Shown here piece after piece: positions 51,126-61,645 of a DNA stretch of 64,000 bases. The translations under genes and the position numbers were made by a program. This DNA comes from Psilocybe cubensis (Eukaryota). The stretch spans positions 2,728,001 through 2,792,000 of the forward strand of contig CM039007.1 in assembly GCA_017499595.2 (NCBI GenBank), given 5' to 3'. A model generated the notes under the pieces. The model saw only the letters and a program-made list of their open reading frames with translations, searched no databases and was not told the DNA's origin. Numbering within the stretch: position 1 is the first letter of the stretch; each line of letters starts with the position of its first letter.

Positions 51126-54100
51126 TTATGATGACAGGGCCAAATAGAGTTCTTTGTCAAAATATTTGTTTAATCGGAACTCGGTGCTAGTGGAATGACT
51201 GTTATGTGTAGTAAGGCTTCGCCTTGCCTTCTCGCCCATCTGAGGGACCAGATCAACCAGGGAGCGTATTTGATTCAATGGTAAAATTCCACCCATAATG
51301 GTGTTATCTGTACGTTGACTTCGTTTTAATTTATACATGCCGGTTATTGGCTCTGGGTAAGGTCCACGGATCGCAGAACCTAGAGACTGTGGCTGATTTA
51401 AAACCTCAAAACGTTGGACGTATGTGAGAAATCTTCCAGTAATATCGGGAGACACAGTACTGGGTGTCTCTCCGACAATGCGAAAAATAATACGAATGTC
51501 GACGACAGAATGGCCTACAATATTGGCTGGTCAACGGGGTTCGGAAAAAAGTCACAAAGAAGTACTACCTTGAAGCCCGCTGCGAGGCCACTCCTCAGAT
51601 TCATCCACGTTTATGATTGCTGAATCGAAGTATCCAAAAGGATGTTTGTTAGATGGCGGATATGCATTAAGTGTGACTGCCTCCAGGATCTCATGAGGGT
51701 ATTGGTACGCAGTCGACTGTATACGGACCTTATGCCATACCTCAAGTTTTGAATACGGCAACGGACAACCGGGAGGAGAAACACGCCTGCCAGTTATCCC
51801 CTTGATGTGATAACCTCGAGAATTGGTCTATCTCGGATTTGATTCCTTATTGATGAGTGACACATAATCGGCAATTGCTGGTCGTAGGTCGGGAATTTTA
51901 AAAATGCTCGCAACCTCGTCGATATGCAATCTTTTGGAACTAGCATCCCTAGATAAATGGGCAACAACGTTTTTGCTGCAAGAAAATGTTCTGTAGGGGA
52001 CTGGGCCTTCCAATACGCCACGCTCATAGAGACTAGCTTTGTAGAAGTAATCCACAATGCGATTGGACTTTGCTGATTGAAAGGTTGTCATCGGCATGAT
52101 TGTTGAAAGAAGTTCTGACGTTGTGTCCATCACAACCTCGCCGTTTTCCTCCCCCTCATCCCCCTCCTCCTGCTCCTCCTCATCCGTAATTGTTGCAGAG
52201 TGTATAGCCCGAAAATCAATCCTCATTTCTCGTATAGCTGTAAACAAATCGAAATTGCGCAATTTGTCACGACGATCAAGGTATCAACAAACTTGAGGCT
52301 CGTATCTTTGATTATTGCTGGAACTGGAAGGGGCTTTGACCACCTCGATATGTGCATGCTCTGTCGTGTCTGCAGACCATTGGATTGCACATCCATTTAG
52401 TCTAATTGCGTGTACTACACTTTGCAAAAACTCGAGTTTTGGAATATAGAAATTATCGATTGGGTTGTTTTTTTTACCTCGACGTGCTCCCGCGTCAAGG
52501 ATGGCTTGTTTATTGGCATGGAAATCTTGCAGTGCCTGCTCAATTCTGAGACACATTGCCTCGGAGATTGTTTGAGATTGTGCGAGATACCGAAAGTCCA
52601 TCAGAGACCGGATGGCTAAGATAAAGGGTGTACTGACTGTGTCTGCAATGAGAGCAACAATGTATCGCTGAACGTCCCGATGTTCCCTACCGGTCACTTG
52701 TTTCAAGGAAGAAATCCCTTCCTTGAAGTGTCGGAAACCAGTGCGGTGCTGTAAAATCGAAAATCGAAAATCCAATTCGGAACCTCCGACTGCAGCAATG
52801 CACCATTTTGCATCATGATCCCAGAACATCTTGTGCCAGTGATGAAGGGGTTCAGGCGTAAGGAATGCAGAAGGATCAGACAAGGGCCAATCTCTCCAAA
52901 ACGGTAGGTGAACCCCATTGAGACGGTGCTTTTTGCTTTCTTTTAGATATGGTTTGAGATGATTAGGGGGCTTAACATTGTTGATGGCCATGATGGTGTT
53001 GATTGTATGATCTGCAGTTCGGGAAGGGTGGCGAAAGGAATCCCCAAACGTCTCGTATTGTGCCAACGTCACAGAGGATGTGGATCCTGCGACGCAAGCC
53101 GCCAGAGCAGATTCTGGAGTATCAACGATAAGGGCAGCAAGCGGTGTAAAGCAGAAACGATTATTCCCCAATGCATCTGCCATGGTGGTTCCCACCCTCG
53201 CAGTTTGTTTGACCGATTCTAGAGCAATGTCCATGCACTGGTGATATAGCCGTGCTGCCATCATCCCATTCACAGCTTTGGAGCGATGAAGAAACTTTGG
53301 TATGGGAAGAAGAACAAAAAGAAGGAATAAATGATTTGACGATTTGTTTCTAACGTTCATCATTATGTTGGCAATGCTGATAAGGCCAGGGTAGGCGACA
53401 CGGCCTCCGGTCATGTTGGAAATGTTGGTTTTATCCGTGGAAATAATAGGAGGTACAAGTGTTGCTCCTTTTGGGAGCTGGTCCTTGGGAACCTTGTTAT
53501 ACTGTCGTCAAACTTGGACAAAGGCATTGCTACTAACCTGCATAAAATGCGCAATGTCACCGCTAAACCACTCAGTGTATACCCACATCATCTCGTTGCA
53601 CTTGTCGAAGAGCTTGAATGGGCTAAAGTGCATGCTATCTTGGAGCAAGGGACTGATGAGAAGCGCCTTGATACATTCCAATCCATCGCGGTAAAAAAGC
53701 GTTAGCTGATTTTTGCTTGGTATTTCTGGTATGATCATTTGACTCTTCCACTGCGGACCAGAGGGAAGGATCTCTGCCCGGTTGCGTAGATCTTTTGCCG
53801 ACTTGTAGGACAAGTTGAGTTTTTTTATCTATACGGGATCGACTCAGCTGAAATAAATAATGATGGGAATGTACGCTCAATTACCAGTTCAAGTTTCAAA
53901 AAATCATTCAGCATTCCTACGCTCATGTCAGAGCGAAGTAGGAACAGGGAGAGCTCCCATTCATCTTTCGAGGCAAAAGGATAGTACAAATTTTCCGCCC
54001 GCTGGGGTTCGAATTGATCCTGTTTGAGCTGATCCATGAATGTAAGGCCTGTTCCAAATGCTCTTCCAGCCCCGTTATAATCCTCCTTCATGTACGGATA

Positions 54101-54430
54101 GTTGTATTTTGATGCCTTGGGGGGTGGGTCATCTTCCATCTCTGATGACGCGCCAAGAAAATTGTCGATATAGTCCACTTCCATAAAATTACCAATTTCG
54201 GGAGAAGGGTCTCGAGATACGGGGGTTGCTGATCTAGATGTAGAGCTTGAACGATTGGACTGAAAATGCATAACGTTCTCATATTGAAAACGACATGCCG
54301 ATTTTGGTTGATTGATGTGATTTTGGACATCTGCATGCTTAGCGAATGGCTTGTTGCATCGAGGACAACGCACACAGATTTCCTGAGTTCTCTTGCCCTT
54401 GCCCTTTCCCATGTTGAAACAACGACTCAT
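51126..54430 (-). mobile_element. Plavaka-family transposase gene, inactivated by in-frame stops
   Basis: N-terminal CxxC..H finger; YYPFASKDEWEL; LPSGPQW; LFYRDGLECI; YTEWFSGD; IISTDKT; AYP..ISIANI; DTPESAL; PFWRDW; PEPLHHWHKMFWDHD; QVTGREHR; IPKLE; SADTTEHAHI; FRLNKY. Stops at 52284-52286 (TGA) and 51828-51830 (TAG). Confidence 0.9.
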
Positions 54431-55809
54431 ACAAAAGCGAAGATACGAAAAAAAACTGATAATGTAATGTTCAGTAACGTGCAGTGGGTCTATAAATGTT
54501 ATCTGATTATGTCTCCGTTAATACAAACAAATTTCACATGGGTTAGTATTCAACCAATCCGTAGTACAATCCAAGGAGGGCTTCGGAAGAGCTTTACTGT
54601 ATATACGCACCAGAACAAAGACACTAACACATTTTTTGAAGTGGGTGGAAGAAGCATCAACAAACGTAAGTTAGTTGATTTCATTGACCTTGATGATAAA
54701 TTCAAACGCACAGCAGTTACAGTAAAGCCAGAAGCTTTCATCCCAGCGAGAATTTGCATATTGGTCTGGCGATACGAGCAGCACACAACTACAGATAATA
54801 AAACAATCGTCATTATGTTACAGGACATACACGCCTTTCAGTACTAAATAAAACATGGCATGTATGTAAATCAAGATGTGTGTCAATGTGTTGTACAATA
54901 TCAAAGTCGCCGTCGTTTAGAAGGCGGAACAGACTCTGATTCTGATGAAGAGATAAGCATTTGCGACGTAAAGGCATAATCGAACACACGTACTCGGATT
55001 TGTGCTCTCCAGCTTGACTTTCATGCCATCCAGATACAGTTTATCCCTCACACTCGTACCAAGTTCCAGAATCTCCTTGGGAGTTCCTAGTTTGTGACGT
55101 GGTTAGTGAATATCCAAAGGCAGACACTGGTCCACCTACTCAATTGCGTTGAGGAATCCGCACAGGCATCACAGTCAATGAGAGTGATTACGGGTAACTT
55201 GAGCATCTTTGGGACCAAGGAACGAGGAAGCTGGTCGATACTGCGACATATAACCTTGTTCAATTCTCCGCTGCAGACGCCCTGAAGCTGGACAAAAAGC
55301 AAACTGGTGTCGGTACAGCAAGGGGCACCACCAATGTTGTTATGTTTGGCTTCTGCGTCGTAGGCTAGAATCATACGGGCATAGCGGCAAAGTATCATTT
55401 CATGGAACTTTTCTGTCGCCATGATATTTTGTGCATCCTTGTTTTTGTCCGTCTCAATCATGTAGTGGATGGACTTCGTGCGATGACATAGCCACTCTAG
55501 AATAGCCAAGGCTTCGCCACGGGCAAAGATGCACGCCTTGCGCTCTTCGTCGCTCAGGCTGTTGGTATCCCACCGCATCCATGCGTCTAACTGTGCCGAA
55601 GTCTTGGTGGAGAACATCTGATCGGGATTTTGTCAGGGTACGTATTGGTGCCACCCCTATCCGTTATCGTTATCTGTTACGGTCCCACGCTGTCATGCCT
55701 TGTTCTATCTTTGTGTTCGGTCCCACGTCTATCGTTCTCCTGTTTCATCTATTGATAGTTGTCATATGTCGAGTACTCTGGTCCGGGAAGTAGTTACTCC
55801 GGTCTCCAT

Positions 55810-55818
55810 GTATATATA
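55810..55818 (+). promoter_or_regulatory. TATA box in the LTR U3 (repeated in all four LTRs)
   Basis: GTATATATA about 35 nt upstream of AGCTTCGATAT, the inferred transcript 5' end. Confidence 0.6.
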
Positions 55819-55998
55819 GGGTCCTGGGGTCAGTAGTCAGACCCCAGCTTCGATATCAACTTGGTCTTTGGGCATTCTTCTCTCTTGACTTAAGTCGATT
55901 CCTAACAGCATATCGAAGCTACCCAACGTTGCCCTGGTACTCTATCCACTGCAGCGCTCGTCTACTCCACTCTACCTTGCCCCCACCTATTATACTCT

Positions 55999-56895
55999 AT
56001 GGCCGACCCTCCTTCGCCTTACGATGGGTTCATGACGATGTCTCTCGACGACCGTTTCGCCCTCCTCTTTAGGGCGCAGCAAGTCCGGTTTGACGCTGAT
56101 AAAAAGGTTGATGACCGACTGTCTGCCATCGAGTCTAAACTCGAACGCCTCACAGCCTCCCTACCCAAACCGCCTGCCGCTCCCACTCCCTCTGCTCGCG
56201 CACCTCGCGCTCGACGCACCTCTAGGAAGGAACGCCCGGCTGCACCTACCTCTACCCCTACTACAGGGCCCCCGCACTCCCAATCCATCCGCTCTACCAC
56301 TACCAAAGCCGCCCTCGAGAAGATCGTTGCTACCCTGTCTATTGCGGACGAACAGGCTGGCCACGTCATAGGGCGCGCGGGAACTGGCTTACGCCAAATC
56401 CACGACATCTCGCATGCAAAGATCTCGGTCTCCCCCGTCGTCACCTCCGGTTTGCGTGCCGTCACTATCAGGGGCACCGCTCGTGAAGTCGGTGATGCTC
56501 TCTCTGCTATCGGCAAGCGGATTGCCCGTCGTCGCATCCGCAACCCTAGGTCCAAGAAGCCTAAACAGCCTCCTGCGCCCACTGCTGCCCCTCCTACCCT
56601 CGTCGTTGAACCTCCTTCTCCTACTCCAACCTCGAGCTCTACCCCAACTACGCGGACACCCCGTTCCGGGACGGCTTCTCCGCACTCGCCCACTCCTACG
56701 GCTGTTGACACTCGCTCCAGCCCATCCTCGTCGCTCGCCCCTGGTTCGCCTATGGAGGTGGACGCTCTCAGGGCTCCGCAGCAACACTCTGACGGTTACT
56801 CTCGCCCCGGGCCTGTTCAGCCTAGGGAGGGAATTCAGACCGCGCGTCGTGGCGGTGGACCGCCTCGTGTCTTTGGTGCAAACCGTCCACGGTGA
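55999..56895 (+). CDS. Coiled-coil + type I KH-domain RNA-binding protein, 298 aa (LTR element copy 1)
   Basis: KH: ATLSIADEQAGHVIGRAGTGLRQIHDISHAKISV..RAVTIRGTAREVGDALSAI with GxxG loop; N-terminal heptads VDDRLSAIESKLERLTASL; PMEVD; C-terminal RRGGG. Confidence 0.9.
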   Translation: MADPPSPYDGFMTMSLDDRFALLFRAQQVRFDADKKVDDRLSAIESKLERLTASLPKPPAAPTPSARAPRARRTSRKERPAAPTSTPTTGPPHSQSIRSTTTKAALEKIVATLSIADEQAGHVIGRAGTGLRQIHDISHAKISVSPVVTSGLRAVTIRGTAREVGDALSAIGKRIARRRIRNPRSKKPKQPPAPTAAPPTLVVEPPSPTPTSSSTPTTRTPRSGTASPHSPTPTAVDTRSSPSSSLAPGSPMEVDALRAPQQHSDGYSRPGPVQPREGIQTARRGGGPPRVFGANRPR

Positions 56896-59376
56896 AGACC
56901 AGGTCGTTGGGACACCGACCTTTAGAGGGGAGGTGATGTCAGGGTACGTATTGGTGCCACCCCTATCCGTTATCGTTATCTGTTACGGTCCCACGCTGTC
57001 ATGCCTTGTTCTATCTTTGTGTTTGGTCCCACGTCTATCATTCTCCTGTTTCATCTATTGATAGTTGTCATATGTCGAGTACTCTGGTCCGGGAAGTAGT
57101 TACTCCGGTCTCCATGTATATATAGGGTCCTGGGGTCAGTAGTCAGACCCCAGCTTCGATATCAACTTGGTCTTTGGGCATTCTTCTCTCTTGACTTAAG
57201 TCGATTCCTAACAGATTTCGATAGGTCTCGTAGTCGAGCGCATTTGCCAAGATCATGCACACGCACAGAGCTATCAAGCTCGAGTATCCGGACTGCATAC
57301 TGTAGAATGGGACATGGTACATTTCATAAAAATCTGAGAGAAAATAGAAGAAAAGAATCAGATATCTTGTAGGAAACGGTAAAAAACCTCATACCTTCTG
57401 GGTCGCTGTCACCTTCAACCAAAACCTTGTAGAACCAATGTATGGTTTGCTGCAGGAAAAATCGGGACGTTGAATGATTCGTATTCGTTGCCCTGTATCC
57501 AGCGGTAAAATAGTGAATGATTCCTGTCAGGGTTTCTTCGAAGGAAGTGGAGGAGTAAAAATGTCCGCCACGGCAAACCACTGAGGAGATAGAATACGCC
57601 ATATGTAGAGTATTCGGTCTCATGAAGCTGTTTTTCAAAGTAGCGTCAATATAATCAAATGGGTAGGACATTCAAAAATCACATACAGTTCTGACTGGTT
57701 ATCAAGAACAATTGCCTCGTAAATCCAGTCTTGGTTGTGCGTTTCCCCGTAATCCAGCTTGTCTCCCAGAAATACACGGCGGTCAGAAGAAAGGTCAACA
57801 TCCAACCGTCTGGGATACATGATAATCCACAGCTTCAGTCCATGAAGAGGTTGGATGAAGGAACAGAAACCATTGGCATCGATATGGATATCTGAAAATG
57901 CCCCCTCTGTAGCTACGAGTCCCCATGACATATCACCAAATGGGACGGGGGTACTATACTTCCAGCTACCAGATGTAGCCCGAAGAGCAGCCGCCTCAGT
58001 ACTCAAGTCAAAAGAGTGAGCGCCTGCATGAGGTAAAGGGATGTCGAGGGCATTGAGGATCTTTCCTCTTTTGCCTTTCATCCTCGCTGCTTCCATGACC
58101 TGAGAGAGGGACCCACGCTTAATCCTCTCGATGGGGTTAGACGACATGGTCGACATATCTGTTACGGCCATTAGCATGAGACGCAGAAAGAAAAATCAAA
58201 ACATCGAAGAGGAAACACACCTTGGATTGACCTGGTACTCGTCATATCACCCATATGGCGACGTACCTGGCTGTAGAACTCGTCGGAGCAAGTTGAAATA
58301 GACTCCTCTTGAGAAGGAGACATAAGGACGACGTTCCTTTCAGAGAAAGACTCCATCAGATACATGGATTTCGTGGTGCTGCGGTCGAATACCGCAAAAC
58401 ATGATTCTTCGGGACGTGCTATGTGCAATGGAACTCCATCGACGTAGTCACTCTCGACCAATTCCAGAACCCTTTCAACACGATCCACGTCGGCTTGACT
58501 CTTGTTTGGAGAATAAATAAATGACGAAAAAATCAATATCGAGAATGACTTACATGGGCAACAACGCAGAAACTTTTAAGTTGGCCACGACCGTTGTAGG
58601 TGGACCAAACTTTGGTGCCATACACCTTCTCCGGAGTGCTGACGACATCAAGGGTGGTGTTGCTGTCGTACAGATCGACATCAATACACAGGTCGTCGTC
58701 CGAATCAAATGTGTCGGTAGCCTGCGTCGGCTTGCGTTTGGGAGGCCGCTTGGAAAGGCCCTGCCGGCCCTTCCCTTTCCCTTTCTGAGAGGAGTCAGCC
58801 GTGGTGTTTTTGCTCCTGTTTATCTGGGAAACAGGAGGAATCCTCAAAATAAGAGGAGCAGGAGGTGCGTTCTCCCCCTCCTTTTCGCCTTGGCTGTCTT
58901 CCAATGTATTCCTCTCCATGTCTGAGGAATCATTGTTTTGCTCTGGGCCTACCCCCTCTCCATCGACCGACATTCTGTCCTCCTGGACTGGTGGAACATC
59001 CCCTTGCCCCTGCTTCTCGGTCTCATTGTCTGACGAACTGTCGTCTGGCCTTTCCTCCTCACCATCTTCTGACATTCGGTTCTCCTCGTCGGGTCGTTCT
59101 CCATCTTGCCCCTGCTTTTCGCCCTCGTGAACTTCCGATATGCGATTTGCCTCGTCAGAAGACCCTTCAGCTCCTTGTCTAGCCCCGCCGTCTCCCAAAT
59201 TTTCTGGACCATTGGTATGTGGACCATCCTCCATTTGATGGTCGACATCAGCTTGCTCCGGATCGACGTTCATCTCACAATCCCCTGCAGTTGAGGGCCC
59301 AGTATTCTCAGTCTGAAGTAGACCAGATCCAATATTATCACTCCGCGGCAAACCAGGTTGCTCGTCCGTGGGCACA

Positions 59377-59562
59377 TCCTTGCCAGCCACCGAAGATGTG
59401 TCTTCCGGAGGCTGTATATCTGAGGTAGGGACCGTATTGTCCCCGTTCTCCTGTTGACCCATGCTGACATCCTTGCCAGCCACTGAAGACGTGTCTTCCG
59501 GAGGCTGTATATTTGAGGTAGGGACCGTATTGTCCCCGTTCTCCCGTTGACCCATGCTGACC
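59377..59562 (-). repeat. 93-bp tandem duplication in the acidic exon of the JmjC gene
   Basis: VSMGQ(R/Q)ENGDNTVPTS(N/D)IQPPEDTSSVAGKD occurs twice in frame. Confidence 0.85.
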
Positions 59563-60062
59563 ATTTCCGTCGTGTCCACTTCGTGATCATCGTCACCCTC
59601 CGCGTCTGCGTCGGACCCTTCACAGGTGGTTTTTTCACCATGATGGGAAACGGTCTGAAGTTGAGCTGTTTTAAACGGATTTAAATCATGTAATTGACGC
59701 AGACTTTGCTTATAACTTACCGTGTGGTTCAGTGCTGCGCCTTGCTAGGTTAGAATTTGCTGTAACCTCGGCGCTGCTCGTTGACGCTGGCCAATTATTA
59801 GTTTAAATTGTTATTTTGTTACAGTACGTAGAACACACATATGAAAAAGTGAAACGCGGGATCTTGTGCAATTACCCGCTCGCATTCCATCCAGCAGTCT
59901 GAGATAACAAGTTTATATAAGGCTGACTGGATGTCGCAATTTTGCGCTGCAATGATTTTCCAAATTTCCATCTCCACTTCACGCAGAACACGGGGGCGAC
60001 AATTACCGAGCGCTTTTGAGGCCTAAAGGAGTGCGTTAATCCAAGTTAAACTGGGAGGATGT

Positions 60063-61645
60063 TGTCAGGGTACGTATTGGTGCCACCCCTATCCGTTATC
60101 GTTATCTGTTACGGTCCCACGCTGTCATGCCTTGTTCTATCTTTGTGTTCGGTCCCACGTCTATCGTTCTCCTGTTTCATCTATTGATAGTTGTCGTATG
60201 TCGAGTACTCTGGTCCGGGAAGTAGTTACTCCGGTCTCCATGTATATATAGGGTCCTGGGGTCAGTAGTCAGACCCCAGCTTCGATATCAACTTGGTCTT
60301 TGGGCATTCTTCTCTCTTGACTTAAGTCGATTCCTAACAGCATATCGAAGCTACCCAACGTTGCCCTGGTACTCTATCCACTGCAGCGCTCGTCTACTCC
60401 ACTCTATCTTGCCCCCACCTACTATACTCTATGGCCGACCCTCCTTCGCCTTACGATGGGTTCATGACGATGTCCCTCGAGGACCGTTTCGCCCTCCTCT
60501 TTAGGGCGCAGCAAGTCCGGTTCGACGCCGATAAAAAGGTTGATGACCGACTGTCTGCCATTGAGTCTAAACTCAAACGCCTCACGGCCTCCCTACCCAA
60601 ACCGCCTGCCGCTCCCACTCCCTCTGCTCGCGCACCTCGCGCTCGACGCACCTCTAGGAAGGAACGCCCGGCTGCACCTACCTCTACCCCTACTACAGGG
60701 CCCCCGCACCCCCAATCCATCCGCTCTACTACTACCAAAGCCGCCCTCGAGAAGATCGTCGCTACCCTGTCTATTGCGGACGAACAGGCTGGCCACGTCA
60801 TAGGGCGCGCGGGAACTGGCTTACGCCAAATCCACGACATCTCGCATGCAAAGATCTCGGTTTCCCCCGTCGTCACCTCCGGTTTGCGTGCCGTCACTTT
60901 CAGGGGCACTGCTCGTGAAGTCGGTGATGCTCTCTCTGCTATCGGCAAGCGGATTGCCCGTCGTCGCATCCGCAACCCTAGGCCCAAGAAGCCCAAACAA
61001 CCTCCTGCGCCCACTGCCGCCCCTCCTACCCTCGTCGTTGAACCTCCTTCTCCTACTCCAACCTCGAGCTCTACCCCAACTACGCGGACACCCCGTTCCG
61101 GGACGGCTTCTCCGCACTCGCCCACTCCTACGGCTGTCGACACTCGCTCCAGCCCATCCTCGTCGCTCGCCCCTGGTTCGCCTATGGAGGTGGACGCTCT
61201 CAGGACTCCGCAGCAACACTCTGACGGTTACTCTCGCCCCGGGCCTGTTCAGCCTAGGGAGGGAATTCAGACCGCGCGTCGTGGCGGTGGACCACCTCGT
61301 GTCTTTGGTGCAAACCGTCCACGGTGAAGACCAGGTCGTTGGGACACCGACCTTTAGAGGGGAGGTGATGTCAGGGTACGTATTGGTGCCACCCCTATCC
61401 GTTATCGTTATCTGTTACGGTCCCACGCTGTCATGCCTTGTTCTATCTTTGTGTTCGGTCCCACGTCTATCGTTCTCCTGTTTCATCTATTGATAGTTGT
61501 CGTATGTCGAGTACTCTGGTCCGGGAAGTAGTTACTCCGGTCTCCATGTATATATAGGGTCCTGGGGTCAGTAGTCAGACCCCAGCTTCGATATCAACTT
61601 GGTCTTTGGGCATTCTTCTCTCTTGACTTAAGTCGATTCCTAACA
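60063..61645 (+). mobile_element. Non-autonomous LTR retroelement (1,583 bp) encoding a KH-domain protein, copy 2
   Basis: LTRs 60063-60339 and 61369-61645, apparently identical to each other; 5-bp TSD GATGT; same PBS and PPT as copy 1. Confidence 0.95.
60431..61327 (+). CDS. Coiled-coil + type I KH-domain RNA-binding protein, 298 aa (LTR element copy 2)
   Basis: Intact ORF, 6 amino-acid differences from copy 1. Confidence 0.9.
   Translation: MADPPSPYDGFMTMSLEDRFALLFRAQQVRFDADKKVDDRLSAIESKLKRLTASLPKPPAAPTPSARAPRARRTSRKERPAAPTSTPTTGPPHPQSIRSTTTKAALEKIVATLSIADEQAGHVIGRAGTGLRQIHDISHAKISVSPVVTSGLRAVTFRGTAREVGDALSAIGKRIARRRIRNPRPKKPKQPPAPTAAPPTLVVEPPSPTPTSSSTPTTRTPRSGTASPHSPTPTAVDTRSSPSSSLAPGSPMEVDALRTPQQHSDGYSRPGPVQPREGIQTARRGGGPPRVFGANRPR

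Larger units (their letters stand above)
55631..57213 (+). mobile_element. Non-autonomous LTR retroelement (1,583 bp) encoding a KH-domain protein, copy 1
   Basis: 277-bp LTRs 55631-55907 and 56937-57213 (TGTCA..AACA); 5-bp TSD GATTT; PBS-position sequence 55910-55920; PPT AGAGGGGAGGTGA before the 3' LTR. Confidence 0.95.

Noticed and set aside
54266..54847. 193-aa plus-strand ORF and 92-aa minus-strand ORF between the transposase and JmjC gene
   Set aside because: No motif; partly antisense to the transposase 5' end.
56019..56711. 230-aa antisense ORF (and 60451-61143, plus alternative-frame 215-aa ORFs) in the LTR elements
   Set aside because: Shadow frames of the GC-rich, Pro/Thr-rich KH ORF; no domain signal, and substitutions are synonymous in the KH frame.
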